Part shown: one piece after another, positions 40,000 through 54,879 of the stretch
How positions within the stretch are numbered: position 1 is the first letter of the stretch
How the letters are laid out: the number at the start of each line of letters is the position of its first letter
Assembly: GCA_964016885.1 (NCBI GenBank)
Contig: OZ024747.1
Span: 71,052,001-71,116,000 of the forward strand
Length of the DNA stretch: 64,000 bases
From: Eledone cirrhosa
Taxonomy: Eukaryota
Reading direction: 5' to 3'
Made by a program: the position numbers and the translations under genes
Notes under the pieces: generated by a model
What the model was told of the DNA's origin: nothing
Seen by the model: only the letters and a program-made list of their open reading frames with translations
Databases searched by the model: none

Positions 40000-42900
40000 T
40001 TATAATCTGCACCACCCACTGAATACAAGACAGTTATTGCTGCAGACAAAAAGGCTGTTGCTGAAAACGAAGGGAGCTACAATGCGCCTGCCGCAAATGA
40101 AGTAGCAGCAATTATTATTGACGACGAGTATGGGAAGAGAGAGATTTTTTATTCAAGGAAGAGGAAATAAGATGCTGCGGATAAATGCAACCTACCGATC
40201 ATATTTTATGCACCACAGTATCCATTAATCTGTGTATTTGGCCAAGATGAATATCACTTTGCTATAAAAAAAAACAGATATTAAAACAAGAGCTCCTATA
40301 CTCACAAAAACAGTAAGCTGCATGGAATTCTGTGCTTCCCTTTTCATATTAAGAGAGCAAGACTTCAATATTCTTCATCGTTCACGTGAGCTCATCCAGC
40401 AATTTGTATATGTATGCAAAAATTGAAGGAGAAAGACTTCTTTACATTAGAACACATCAGAAAGATCTCCGTGCATCAGATTACATCCACCTGAAAGATG
40501 CAATCAGTATGAAGGAGCATTGGCTGCTGATAACATTGGGCAGCTTTGTATTATTCTTCCATCAAGCTTTACAGGAATTCCACGGTATATGCATGAGCGT
40601 ACCCAAGATGCACTTACATATGTCAGACACTATGGTCGTCCAGACCTGTTCATTACATTCCCATGTAAATCAACATGGCATGAAATAAAGAGTGAGCTTT
40701 ATCATCATCAAAGATCGTCATGATATTATAGCTAGGGTGTTCAGACTTAAAGTCATAAAGCTGATGGATCTCCTAAAAAGGTGTAAAGTCTTTGGACCAG
40801 TCAGATGTGATATGTACACAATTGAATGGTAAAAAGGAGGATTACCACATGCCCACATTTTGATCTTTTTACATGAAAAACTTCGGCCAAATGATATTGA
40901 TTTATTTATCTGTACTGAACTGCCTGATCCACAGCAAGAACCTTTGCTGTATGAAATTGTCAAGTCGCAGATGAATCATGGGTCCTGTGGTTCAATTAAT
41001 CTATCCTCTCCATGCATGAGGGATAATAAGTGTACCAAGAACTACCCACGTCCCTTTGTACAAGAAACCCAAACTGGAGAAGGTAGCTACCTCCTTTACA
41101 GGAGAATTAAACCTAGGTGTAATTGCTCAGTATGAGAGAGAAAGATACATCAGTAGCAATGAGGTTTTTTGGCACATCTTCAATTTTCCCATTCATGAGA
41201 GGCACCCAGCCATCATTCATCTGAGTGTCCATCTAGGTAATGGCCAAAGGATTATCTTTACAAACAAACAGCCTTTCAATAAGCACTTTCTTCAAAAGAA
41301 ACTACCCTTACAGCCTTTTTAAGTTGTTTCAAGAAGATGAAGATGCAGGAAAACTCCTTTACATAGAATTACCCAAGTATTACACCTTGAGAAACAGTAA
41401 ATGGCACACGAGGAAACGTGGGGTTGACACTCTTGCAAGAGTTTACAGTGTCCACCCAAGCCAAGCAGAATGCTACTACTTACGGCTCTTTTTGCATGAA
41501 GTACGTGGTCCCAAATCATTCCAAGATTTGAGGAGGCAAACTTTTGCAAGAGTCTGGCTCTGGAATACCAAAAACAAACTGTCAAGTTAGTGTTTTAACT
41601 TCAAGAGACATAGCAAGCGAGACAAATTATGACATCACAGAGTTGGCTGCATTTGTGAATGAATATGAACCTAAACTTCTTCCAGAACAACGTGCATATG
41701 ATAAAATTATTTCGTCAGAGAAAAAAGTGGAGGAATTATCTTTCTTGATGCTTCTGGTGGCACATGTAAAACATTTGTAACAACATTGCTTCTCTCCAAG
41801 GTAAGGCAACAAAAAAAATTGCAGTTGCTGTAGCATCGTCTGGCTTTGCTGCCACTCTCCTCCCGGGAGGATGAACAGCTCATTCTGCTTTTAAATTACC
41901 GCTAAACCTGGTTACAAATGACAGTCCAATGTTTAACATACGCAAAGGTTCAGGTTCAGCAGAAGTGTTGCACCAATGCCATCTGATCATTTGGAATGAA
42001 TGCACCATGTCACATAGAGGTGCAATTGAAGGTCTTGATAAGACCTTACAGGACATAAGAGGAAACAATACATCTATGGTAGGAGTTACATTAGTTTTAT
42101 CAGGAGACTTCATACAGACATTACCAGTCATTCCGAGAGGAACAAGAGCTGATGAAATAAAAGCATGCATTAAGTCTTCGCACCAATACATAAATTCTCC
42201 TTCAGTAATAACATGCGAGCTTTATTACATGGGGACCAATGTGCAGAACAGTTTTCAACCCGGCTCCTATTAGGAAATGGGAAAGTACCAATTGATGGGA
42301 ATAGTGATATCAATTTGGCTCATATTGCTATAATGGTGAATTTCCCAGCTGAATTGATTAACAGGGTATTGCCAAACTTAAGTAATAATTATAATTCACA
42401 TAATCGGTTGTGTGAAAGGGCAATACTTGCTCCGAAAAATGAGACAGAAACCATGAATGAATAAGATTCCAAGTCATTAAGGCGTACAAATCAGTTGATT
42501 CAGTCCTTGATGAAAATCAAGCTCTCCACTCCCCAAAAGTGTTCCTTAATTCTCTTGAGCCACCTGGAACTCCTCCACATAAACTTTTTCTGAAGGTAGG
42601 AATCCCAATAATGCTTCTAAAAATTTAAGATCCTCCTAAATTATGCAATGGGACAAGGTTGATTGTGAAGACATTATCACCTAATGTGATTGAAGCTACC
42701 ATCACCACTGTATATGCTTCTGGGAAAGAGGTTTTCATTCCAAGAATTCCAATCAAACCAACAGACATGCCATTTGAGTACAAACGAAAACAATTCCCAT
42801 TGCTACTTTTTTTCGCAATGTCTATTAATATAGCTCAAGATCAGAATTTGAAATCTACTGGCTTGCACTTAATTGAGCCTTGCTTTTCTCATAGTCAACT

Positions 42901-43251
42901 TTATATTGATTGCTCCAGGGTGGGTAGTTTACAAGACTTATTTGCCTATCTTCCAAACCAGAAAACAAAGAATGTTGTTTACACAGAAGCTCTTACGTAA
43001 TTTCCTGCAACATATGTGATAAAATTTATCTCACTTCATAAAAGTGGTAAATTTTGTATTATCGTTTTTTATTATTGTTTTTTTTTTGTTTTTGCTTTTT
43101 TGTTTTTGTTCTTTGTATTTATCATGTATCCCAATTGAAGAATAAGTTAAATTTAGAATAACACATTTCTATACAACACATTTTGCTTTTTGCTTTTTTC
43201 TAATATATAAGGAACAACTTCATTCCCGGGCAACGCCGGGTGCCTCTGCTA

Positions 43252-43252
<1 letters not shown>
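40000..43252 (+). mobile_element. Decayed Helitron (RepHel pseudogene) with an intact 3' terminus
   Basis: Rep motifs GRPDLFITF and EW*KGGLPHAHILIFL; Pif1 motifs FLDASGGTCKTF, IIWNECTM, GDFIQTLPVIPRG, RAILAPKN, FAMSINIAQ, FSHSQLYIDCSRV; ends CCCGG-GCAACG-CCGGG..CTAG|T(ATA). Confidence 0.92.
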
Positions 43253-43347
<95 letters not shown>

Positions 43348-43865
43348 ATATATATATATGTGTATATATATATATATACACACATATATACATATACGCA
43401 CACACACACACACACATACACATACACACAGGTAGTGAGAGGGAGCGATATAACACTCATGTTCTACTTATCTCTCTTGATCTGTCTGAACACCTATTTA
43501 TCCATCCTTCTCTCCTTCCCTGCCATTATCTTATCTACGTTTCTCTCTTTCTCTTGTCTCACTCAACTAGCGTTGTGTTCCTTTTCCACACACATCCCTG
43601 TACTATATTACGTCTAATAATGAAATATCGGATATCATATACCATATTCAAGTGTTTACCATGGGGTGGATGGATAAGGGACAGAGATGAATTAAGTATC
43701 GTGAGGGTCGGAGAGGAAATGAATGAGAAAGTGAGGGAAAGACCAGGAGAAGATTAAATAAATATATCAACAGTAAAAAGAAATTAAAAAAAAACATTGA
43801 AATATGATGGAAGCGACCATAAAGTTTTAAAAAGGGAATGGATGAATGGCAGAGATGAGAAGAAT

Positions 43866-43977
<112 letters not shown>

Positions 43978-44552
43978 GAGAGAGAGAGAGAGCGTGATGA
44001 TAGAAGTAGGGGAGAAAGAGTTATGAATGAAAGGAGGATAGAGACGAGAGAGTTTAATTAACAGATATATATATATCGAATGTGCAAGAGAAGGAAGGAG
44101 GACTGAGAAAAACGAATACATATATATGAAAATATTTTAAAAAAAACGAAAAAGATGTGAAAAAGATGATAATCATGATGATGATAAGGATAATAGATGA
44201 AAAACAATGACGAAATTGTTAAATAACGAAATAAATAAACGATGAGAAATATATATATATACAAATTTTAGCACAGCATCAACGAAGCTTTTGGTTGCAG
44301 CCAAGCTAACGAATGTAGTTTCGGTGTGCAGCTAAGCACTCAATAAGGAATATTACCCTAGAGTTATAACATTACGTTTAGACAGCTTTGAAAATCAAAT
44401 ACAGCGACCGATAGACGGGCCACAGTGACCATAGCGACGAAGAAAACATATATTATAGTTGAAACAGTAAACAAAAAAACAACATGGAAGCGAAGAGGCA
44501 GTACAAAATGTTAATATTAGTTTCACGCTTGAAAGTGAGGGCAGTGTTGTGT

Positions 44553-44972
44553 AATAATTATTTCTACTTTTGGCACAAGGCCAGCAATTAACCAGGGTAT
44601 TACTGGTACTTTATTTTATCGACCCAGTAAGGAGGAAAGGCAAAGTTAACCTCGGCGGGATTTGAACTCAGATCGTAAAGGGACGTAACTCTATGTAATA
44701 ATTGTTTCTACTGTTGGCACAAGGCCAGCAATTAACCAGTACATTACTGGTACTTTATTTTATCGACCTCGTAAGGATGAAAGGCAAAGTTAACCTCGGC
44801 GGGATTTGAACTCAGATCGTAAAGGGACGTAACTCTGCTGGAAAGCATGTCCAACCCTCTACCGATACTGCCAATTCACCGCCCTATCATGGTGTCCAAC
44901 CCTCTACCGATACTGCCAATTCACCGCCCTATCGTGGTGTCCAACCCTCTACCGATACTGCCAATTCACCGC
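44553..44972 (-). mobile_element. Two tandem SINE family A copies with a triplicated 45-bp head
   Basis: CCAACCCTCTACCGATACTGCCAATTCACCGC at 44851, 44896 and 44941. Confidence 0.85.
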
Positions 44973-45831
44973 AATAATGTAACCTATAAATGACAATTTA
45001 GAAAATTGGGTGTCTGCGTGTAAGATTACTATATTTTCTATCTATTTTATAACTACTCCGCGCTTCAAAAGTTCGATATTTTCAGACCTGTCACCTCTCC
45101 CCGTCCGAAGGGGAGATATCCCACCCACTTTAGGGTGGATGAGAGATGACTTCTCTTGTAAAAATGGGTATCGCTTTCTGAGGTTAACTTTGCCTTTCAT
45201 CCTTACGGGGTCGATAAAATAAAGTACCAGTAATGCACTGGGTAATTGCTGGTCTTGTGCCTAAAAGTAGAAACAATTATGTAAAATCTTCCCATTTTGC
45301 ATCATTTCTACCCATTTTGGGACACTTTTTTCATGGTACTCCCTGTTTTGGGTATTTAGAGGTTGGCAGGTCTGTATTTGCATACAATGCTGTATCCATT
45401 TCAAAGTTGTTAGAGGCAGCTTTCTAATTTAGACGGGAGTTGTTATCAGAGACTCCTTAGCTCAATGGTAAGAACACTCAGCCGGTATCTGAGACATACG
45501 AAGAGCAAATTTTCTTATCGACCACTGGCAACTTTTTTATAACATTATTTATAGCAACCGACTGTGTTTACAGTTATTTTCTGCGTCAGAGGGTCCTAAA
45601 TTTTCTATGAATTATGTTCATATACGAGTATATCGAATAAATCCAAATGTCACGTGGCAACTATATAGTTCTATATATCTTCCTCAATAACTCTCTCCAA
45701 CTCTCACATATATAAAGCTGCTATATATTCAGGTATCTTTACATAGGATGTCTTAATCAAAGAATACATAAATGAAATAAATTGCAGTATAAACCCCACC
45801 ATAACTGATGGGTATAATGCTATATATATCC

Positions 45832-45877
<46 letters not shown>

Positions 45878-46254
45878 GCACTATATATGGTGTGTGTGTG
45901 TGTGTTTGTGTGTATAAAGCCCCTAATTCTATAATAGGCCGCTGAAAAGCCTGATATATCAACGTAGGGTGGATGTAGATCTTTTCCAGATGCATCTCGA
46001 CATTCTGCGATCTGAGATCCTAGATGAGCCCAAAGCACGCCAACAATTACAAATATATCAACGGCTAGCCAAGGAAAGATGGCTAAAGAATATAAAGCAA
46101 CAATAGCGATGCCCCACCCTGGCCTCAACCTAGCGACTGGAACAGATGAAAAACGGATATATTTTATATGTGTTGGTGTGTATAGTGAAGCAAATGACAG
46201 AAAAAAGCAAAACACAAAAACAAGATGGAATAGGGTAATAATTATGAATATGAG

Positions 46255-46520
46255 AGTGGCCTGTGGAAATGCGGGAAGGCTGGAACAATGAGGCACACAC
46301 TCTCCAGTTGCTAACTAACCCTAAAGAACAGATACACATGGCGACATAACCTGGTGCTTAATGTACTGGTTGATACAGTAGAAAGAGGATAAAGAGGATG
46401 AACAAAGATGAGAGATCGCAAGTGGTGGAGAACAGCAGCTGGAGGTTTGTAAAGGACAGTGCTACAAGCCAGCCACTGTAAGAAAAATGACTGACCTAGA
46501 ATGAAAGGGGATTTGGGAGG
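46255..46520 (+). pseudogene. Remnant of an RLE-type non-LTR retrotransposon (HERO/NeSL-like CCHC region)
   Basis: From 46270: CGKAGTMRHTLSSC*LTLKNRYTWRHNLVLNVLVDTVE, matching the CCHC + RYxWRH(D/N)xVL motif. Confidence 0.6.
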
Positions 46521-46936
46521 ATTCTCTTGACAAGCGCGTCAAGGGAAGAAAAAAACTTAGGAGAATCGTAAGAAAAAAATGCAAACAAGGAGAGGTGACA
46601 ACACGTGGAAAGATACATACAAAACACAATGTACGTGTATATGTACGTACGTATGTATGCTTGAATGTCTGTTTGTCTATCTGAACGTGTCTACTTATGT
46701 ATGTGTATGCATTTATGTGTGTATATATATATATGTGTTTGTGTGTTGATGTGTATATGCCTATGTGTATACATATATAAGTATCTATCTATTTATATAT
46801 GTATGTACACATGTATATATGTGTGTGTGTGTCTGTCAGTCTATCTGTGTGGATGTGAGGATGTCTGTACATATATATAGATAGATATATAGGTAATATA
46901 TATATATACAAATACACACATACACTCATACAGACA

Positions 46937-47056
<120 letters not shown>

Positions 47057-47575
47057 TATAAGCATGCAAGCATACATATATACATATATACATATATACA
47101 CGAGAGTTATGATGAGAAGGGAAAAGAGGGAGGAAGAAGAGGACAATGGAAGAGAATTAAACGGTGGAAGTCTAAGGAGAAAAAAACGGAAGGAAGGAGG
47201 CAGGTAAAAGCGGAATATATATTTTGTTAAAGCTTAAATTTCAACTAACTTGAATGACATCAGTTGTGGTTGAACATTAAATGCGGTCGACAATAGCAGT
47301 AGTAGTGGTAATAGTTGGAAGAGGGGTGTGGGAAAGTATGGGTCACAAAGACAAGTGGGTGTTTGGAGTAGGGCTAGATGTAAAACAGTATTGACAAAGT
47401 GGTGTAAAGGGAGCACAAGAATTGCGTAAAGGGAGATATAACGAAAAGGGGGTGAAATAGGGAAGCAACTGTCAAAGGGAGTGTGCGACATAGAGATTAT
47501 ATGGGGGGGCGCCCGGTGGGTGGAAATAAAGGTTAATTTGAAGTTTATTTTATTTATTATTTATTTATTAAATCA

Positions 47576-48292
47576 GGGCAATGGATTGGCAGTATCGGTA
47601 GAGAGTCGGGCGCCATACTTTGCAGCATAGAGTTACGGCTCTTTATGATTTGAGTTCAAATCCCGCCGAGGTTAACTTTGCCTTTCATCCTTAAGGGGTT
47701 GATAAAATGAAGTACCAGTAACGTACCGGTGCGATTTAATCGATTTTCCCCTCCCCAAAATTGCTGGCCTTGTGCCTATATAAGAAACCATTATCAGGGC
47801 GGTGGATTGGCAGTATCGGTAGAGTCGGACACCATGCTTTGAAGCATAGAGTTACGGCCTTTTATGATCTGAGTTCAAATCCCGCCGAGGTTAACTTTGC
47901 CTTTCATCTTTACGGGGTCGATAAAATAAAGTACCAGTAATTTTACTGGGTAATTGCTGGCCTTGTGCCAAAAATAGAAACAATTATTTATCTATTAAAT
48001 CAATTCAAACGTCTGTGAAGAGCTGGTAAGCCATGACAGACTGTGGAAGGTGTCTACAATTCTTTATAATTAAATAATGGTTTCTTATATAGGCACAAGG
48101 CCAGCAATTTTGGGGGAGGAGAGGTCGTTTAAATCGACTCAGTGCGTGACTGGTACTTTATTTTATCGACTCCGTAAGGATGAAAGACAAAGTTAACTTC
48201 GGTGGGATTTGAACACAGATCATAAATGGCCGTAACTCCATGCTGCAAAGTATAGCGTTCGACCATCTATCGATACTGCCAATCCACCGCCC
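47576..48292. mobile_element. SINE family A cluster: two + copies (47576-47990) and one - copy (48073-48292)
   Basis: Full A/B boxes and core; the minus copy is bracketed by ATAATTAAATAAT direct repeats. Confidence 0.85.
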
Positions 48293-48691
48293 TCATAATT
48301 AAATAATAAAAGAGAGTAAAAGGAAGAGGCGGGAAGACAAAAAAAAAACAAAAATAAGAAAAAGGTGAAAAGCCTGACAGCTATTTAGCCGTTAAATGTT
48401 TCTGTTGAATCTTTTCCTAGTTTCCGTGTATTTAGAAGGCTTGAGAAGTTGGGCGTAGGAAGCTATAATTTTCAGACATGCGCTGTGGGGTCACAAAAAA
48501 GCTAGTTACGTGCGCTCGAATACAAGAGGATTAGAGAATGGGGAAAAATATAGAGAAAGAAGTGTAGTGGAAATTAAAAGGAAAATTACACGAAGAATGA
48601 TAAACCTCTAAAAGAGATGGATAGTTTATTGGCGGTTGAGCATGTGTTAAACCATGGGGGTGACATTTTATATATATTATGCCTAAGAGAT

Positions 48692-48725
<34 letters not shown>

Positions 48726-49263
48726 CCTGTGTGTGTGTGTGTATCGTATAAATGAAATGTGTTTGGTAATTATCAATATTTCACACTTATGCTTAATGCC
48801 TAAGTAATCCACGTATCGGTAGCACAGCTGATACATAAATGTAAGTGTAACGGCGAGAAATAAAATTCTAATTTTATTATATACACGTTGCCTCACCATT
48901 CGTGTCTGTTTACATGTCTTTCTCTTTCTTCACCCAACTCTTTTTATCCCAATAACTTATTGTATCGCCCTAGCCGGAGATATATTGTCTGTAATTCGAA
49001 GAAATACCTATGATGGCTAGTAGACAACTGATGATGGATATTCCTGACTTCTATTTCTAATTCTTCATTTATTATATATATTGTTATACTTTGGGATGGT
49101 CATGTTGCCAATAAGAAACACACGCACCAGTTGCGTTCACTCCAATTTATTATAAATTAAAACATTTTTTCAAAAAAATAAAAAAATAAAAAATGTTTGT
49201 TTTTAAATTTATAAATTTCCGCTTGGTTGGTTGGTTCCACAACCGGACGGTTGTTCATATATT

Positions 49264-49306
49264 GTCAAAGTTCTTTCGTCACACATTCTGTGACCTCTTC
49301 AGTGAC
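49264..49306 (-). ncRNA. Type I hammerhead ribozyme in the PLE 3' UTR (sense orientation)
   Basis: GTCA-CTGAAGA-G-GTCACA/gaatg/TGTGAC-GAAA-GAAC-TT-TGAC. Confidence 0.8.
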
Positions 49307-49503
49307 TGGGATTCTTTTCTTTGTTTTGTGCCTCTCCTTTGTTCTGTCCTACGCCATCTTGTTTGTGTGTGTGTTGTGTGCTTAGTTTGCGCATGTGTTA
49401 CATCTGGGTGTCTGTGTGTGCTTTTATTTGTTTATTTATTTGTTTATTTACATGTTACTGGATGGTTGTTTGTTCTATGTGTGTGTGTGTTTTCATTTTG
49501 TCC

Positions 49504-51802
49504 TTAATTATAAGTTATGATGTTGCTATTCCATTCATGTTTTCTATTTAATTTGGGTTGGAGTTCATTTATGTTTATTGCCTCTGTGATTTGTCTAAAC
49601 ATTGCGTCTTTTCTGTGTGTAGATTTTATTTTTATTTCTATGTTCTCCAATTTGCCCTTATGTTCTATTTTAGCATGTTGATGGAGTATTGATGATTCTT
49701 TTCTATCTTGAAGCTCTCGCTAGTGTTCATTTAACCGTTCTCCTATACTACGAGCTGTCTCACCTATGTCCACTATATTCTTATCTTTACATTGTCCTTC
49801 AGTACATCTTATGCTATATACTATGTTTCTAGTTTTACAGTTAATATGGGGGCTTAGTTTACAGATTATGCATTTCTTATCTATACAGGGAGGTCTTTGA
49901 AAATAGTGTGTATTACTAATAAGTGTTTTTATGGAGGTACCTGGTCTTTCTACTATCTTAATATTAAGTTTAAGTTTATCTAGGGCCCTTCTAAATTTGT
50001 AAGCTAATTTACCTCTAGGGGTTGTATTGATGAACATTACACTCTGGTATTTATAGCTATCATACCATGAGTTTATTCTATTAACCTTATTCCTAGTTCT
50101 TTCTATTCTATTCCAAAATTTGCTCCTATACAAGGGGCAGGTCCCATTTGTATCATTATTTATCATTTTTTTCCCATTTGGTTCTGGCTCCTCTATATAC
50201 TCTGATTTTATCTCTCTGATTGTAACCACAGAACTGCATACGGTGGATGAAGTGTTGTATGTGTCTCTCTAGTTATTTGGGGTTGCACATGCGGGACACG
50301 TTTCTCATCACCCGTACTAAATCCGCAATCAGTATGTTGATTTTTGTGTGATCCGAAACTGCTGAGTTTCGGTGGATCAGATATTTGGAAGTCATGGGTT
50401 TGGCATAATGGGAATGGAGGATTTGTTTTTTGTTATTAATGGTTTCTAACCAGAGCTCTGTGTCTAGTACAGGTAATCGATGGTTGGGGTGTTTGCTTGG
50501 GTAGTCTATAGTAACTCTAATACTCTGGTGGATGGAGTTAGCTATTTGCTGGATGCTTTTCATAGTGTTTTTCTCTAATTCCTGACTGTTCTCTAGTGGG
50601 GGTGTTTTTACTACGAAGTTTATATCATCAACGTAGCGAGAGTACATTATCAGGGTTAAGAGGTTGCTGTCTTCTAATTGTTCTTTAAGTTTATTGTCCC
50701 ACCATACAATGAATAGGTTAGCTATGTCACCTGCAATGCTAACACCAATGGCTGCTCCCTCCTCATGGGCATATGTTTTTCCATTAAATTTGAACATATG
50801 TTCGTTAAGGGTTAGTTTTATACTGGCCCCCACCACATGTGCAATCATTTTCTTTAGTTCATCGTGGTTTTCGGGGGTCCGTATGGCTCTGGTCCACCCG
50901 TTCCATCTTTCTGTGTGGGTTTTCTTGGCCATTGAGGTAATGGTAGGTGGTCTGCCTCTTGCTGGTCTTGTGGGGCAGAGGTTGCTAAGGTCATACGTAT
51001 CTAGATAATCATTACTATAAGTAAGTTTAAGTAGAAGTCCCAGCTCACTGGTATCATTCCCACGGAATTCAACTTTGCTCTCACTGATCATTTCTACGCA
51101 TTTCTCCACCGCAAAATCCACGCCAATGGATGGATATAGGGACACAACATCCATACTACCTATTATACAGTCTGTTAGATCCCTAGATCGGTTAATTTCG
51201 CTGATTCTGATGAGGAGGTCCTCTGTGCTGTCACATATATCCGGGGACATTTCAATAATGGGGCGTATGATCAGGGAGAGGAAGTAGGAAAATCTGTAGT
51301 TACTAGCAATGTTAGCTCCACAGACTGGCCATGTTGGTGGTCCTGTGACTGGGTCAATGTTCGTCTTATGGTCTTTTCGAAGCCCATACAACGTTGGCAC
51401 GTCATTGTTCCAGGCCTGGAAGTTGTTGGCAGTCCGTTTATTGGGCTGCATTATGTTTGTCCACATCATCATATGAGCGTTGAGGGTTTTCTCCCTATCC
51501 TCATGCTCTTGTGGTGTTACTTCTCTTGTGTTAGTGATGTCGGGTTGCATTTGGATGTAGTTTGACAGACTGTCAACCGACATTCTGCCAGACTTGTCTG
51601 CTGGAAAGCATTCAATCTCTCCATTACGTGAGCGCTGCATGAGCTTACGCAAGCCATTTGCAGATTTTTCTCACAGTTGGTGGGCCTCCATTGTATTTTA
51701 CTTCTTGCTATACTGTTCTATAATATTTCTAAGTTTAGATCTAGCTATACTAAATTGTGCTTCTGTTTGTTCATCGACCTGCGACGGCAATTGCGTGAAA
51801 CG
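49504..51802 (-). pseudogene. PLE reverse transcriptase + GIY-YIG endonuclease, disrupted
   Basis: ADKSG, LYGLRKDHK, SMDVVSLYPSI, GAAIG, RYVDD, LPVLD, RMQFCGY, CxxxxCxxC, NIVYSIRC..IGETARSIGERLNEH..HQHAKIEH..ITEA..LN; TAA at 50273, +1 slip in an A run near 50170, TAG at 49720. Confidence 0.9.
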
Positions 51803-51818
51803 ATATATATATATGTAT

Positions 51819-51927
<109 letters not shown>

Positions 51928-53654
51928 GTGCGCGCGTGTGTGTGTGTGTGTGTGTGTGTATCGTATAAATGAAATATGTTTGGTTATCAATATTTCACAC
52001 TTATGCTTAATGCCTAAGTAATCCAGTTTGGTACAAACAATTATGAGCTTGGTGTAGGTGATGGAATCTTATTAGACTGTATTCAACGTTTATACAGGGG
52101 CAGTTAAATAGCAAAAGAAAATACTGCAATGTATTTTTCATGCAATTCTCAGCTAATTAAAAGTTTTTCTACAGCCAAATCCTTTGAGCTGGTTTCCGTG
52201 GAAACTTATTTCTTTCGATTCTGTTTCGTAATCTTAATGTTGCTGGAAGTATTCAATAAGTTGGTTCAATTCATGTATGACGTAACTAGGGATTTACAGA
52301 GAGTGGCCATTAGCTAAATTCTTTCCCTTAATGTTCCAGAAAATTCAGAAAACAGTTTGGCGTAATACCTCTGGGTATTATCTTGCTTCAAATGAGTTAA
52401 TTCCTTTAGTCTAAAAGCGTTGTTTTTGAAGAACCCTATCAGTGGCCAGTGCTATATTATGACCACGAAAGCAGTCTCGTGAGTAAACCATTGACCAGTT
52501 TTCATAGAAATACATCAATGAATCTTCTGCTATTTCTTTTTCTCACTTCTTTCCAGTTGTATTCATTGAAAGAATACATATAAATAAGATAGCATTTTCC
52601 CCAATGAATGCTTATAATTCGAAACAGGAATACAAAAACAAGATAGTATTTTGTTAATATACGTTATATTTCAACAATCAACTAGTTCCTAACTTTTATT
52701 CGACTAACTATTTATGTATTGCTTTTGACATTAACATTGAAATGAATTCCTACATGCTTACATCAACACATAATGGGGAGAATAAACAAATCTCAATACG
52801 CTATTTTTCTTCATTTGTGTCAGTTGAAAACTCACACATCAACAAAGACTCAACAGTTTAATCAATACGCACTACAGGGGAAGCGCAACGCATTCGCTTA
52901 ACTTGCTTCGAAATAGCTGCATCTACTCCAAATCACACTCTGCTACCTTAAAAAGGGGGGAAAGGACTTGGTTAGAATGTATTTAATTATGGGACCGCTC
53001 GATTTGGTGCTAAACAACAGCAACAAGCACTACAAACACTGCAATAGCACTAAAATAATCCATGCAAATCTTATACAATGTTGCCTTAAATCTACAATAT
53101 ATTACCCTATATAAACAAATAACACAGTGTCTTCTAATTCACCAAGTGTAACAGAGATTTCTCTATAAATTCAGAATAAAATCATGATATATTAAATGCC
53201 TAAGAGAAGATGTGATTAAGATTATAATTGTTTCGGACAATTAATCTCATGAAATGAGATAAAAGATTTTTTTAAAGTAAAAATACTAAACTTCATTTCG
53301 ATCAATTTCATCTCCATTTGTCATCACTAGTTTTATTCCAGGATGTTTGCATAGTACTGAAATGATGTTGAAATAAGAAATTTATTTTGAAATTAAGTGT
53401 AAATACACCTTATTATGGCTTAAGTGTAGGTGTGTGGCCTAGTGGTAAGGGTGTTGGACTTACGACCATAATATCGTGGGCCCAATTCCTGGACTGGGTT
53501 CTGTGTTGTGTTCTTCAGCAAAACACTTCATTTCTTGTTGCTCCAGTATACTCAGCTGCAAATGAGTACCAGTAATAGCTGGAGGTTTAACCCTGCAATG
53601 CGATGGATTTTTTAGACCACACTAAGTTTCATTTATTATTAGGTGATTTATAAT

Positions 53655-53872
53655 GGCGTAGGATTGGCAGTATCGGTAGAGCGTCGGACACCATGCTTTG
53701 TAACATAGTTTATGGCCCTTTACGTTTTGTGTTCAAATCCTGTCGAGGTTAGCTTTGCCTTTCATCCTTATGGAGTCGATAAAATAAAGTACCAATAATG
53801 GACTGGGGCCGATCTAATCGACTCCCCCCCCCCCCAATTGTTGGCCTTGTTCCTAAACCAGAAACCAATATT
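53655..53872 (+). mobile_element. SINE family A copy with probable TSD
   Basis: TATTAGGTGATT(T/C)ATAA on both flanks. Confidence 0.8.
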
Positions 53873-54214
53873 AGGTGATTCATAAGATTAAATGCATTAT
53901 AGGATTCTTTACTTACTTCTTTGTTTTGAGTTCAAATCCTCGCCGGGGTTAAATTTCCACATTATGCCACCTAGAGTATCATAAAATGTATATTAAAAGT
54001 ACACCAAAGTTTCATGATAGAGATAAACTACAAGTAAGCTCCTTTATGGTCTAATAAATCTTGTGGGTAGATTTTCAGCTGAAAACATTCTATTTTATAG
54101 TCATGCCCTAAAAACAATAGTATAATAATCAGGCTTGTAGAAATTATTGAATTTAATTCAGCAATTTACCTGAAAACATATCCATAGACAACATATTCAA
54201 ACATTCAATTTAAC

Positions 54215-54400
54215 AACAATTTAACAACAACCTATCTCTAAACCATTCTAATTCATACAATGTACAATTTAACATCAACCTATCCCTAAACCATTCTAAT
54301 TCATACAATGTACAATTTAATATCAACCTATCCCTAAACTACATAACACTGCATTAGACAACATAGACACACGTTCTAATTTATACAATGTACAATTTGT
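54215..54400. repeat. 48-bp minisatellite, about 2.5 units plus a partial copy
   Basis: AACCATTCTAATTCATACAATGTACAATTTAA at 54241 and 54289. Confidence 0.75.
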
Positions 54401-54446
54401 TACTAAATAATATTTTATAAAATCCCTTCTACTTATTTTACATTAG

Positions 54447-54879
54447 CCCTTTAGCATTTAAACCGACCGTATCCGGCCAGAATTATCTCACCACTTCCTG
54501 TTCAAACCGGCTGTAACTGGCTGCTCATACTAATGTTAAGGTATTGTTCTCAAAATAAATAATATCCAAATCTCATAGATTTGATATTATGTGAGATAAA
54601 GCCTTTACTGTGAAAATATAATGATTTCTAGTATAGGCACACGCCCAGTAATTTGGGGGGAGGGGAAAGTCGATTAAATCGACCCAGTACGTTACTGGTA
54701 CTTTATTTCATCGACCCCGTAAGGATAAAAGGCAAAGTTAACCACGGCGGGATTTGAACTCAGACCGTAAAGGACCGTAACTCTATGCTGCAAAGCATGA
54801 TGTCCAACTCTCTACCGATACTGCCAATGCACCGCCCTGCTGTGAAAATATAATAGTATATACATAGTAATGTAAAGGG
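54447..54879. mobile_element. piggyBac-like MITE interrupted by a SINE (54623-54837, -)
   Basis: TTAG|CCCTTTAGCATT..AAAGGG|TTAA; SINE TSD CTGTGAAAATATAAT at 54608-54622 and 54840-54854; homolog at 59091-59311. Confidence 0.7.

Noticed and set aside
45451-45530. tRNA gene
   Set aside because: A-box-like start only; no intact T-arm or acceptor stem, probably a decayed SINE head
45930-46060. CR1-like LINE C-terminal remnant (VDLFQMHLDIL..ILDEP)
   Set aside because: Too short and degenerate to call without a search
49025-49135. Plus-strand CTGATGA..GAAAC in the PLE tail
   Set aside because: Could not form stem III or an NUH site
49504-51802. Selenoprotein-type (UGA-recoded) Naiad PLE
   Set aside because: The in-frame stops I read are TAA and TAG plus a frameshift, not TGA at Cys positions; ordinary decay
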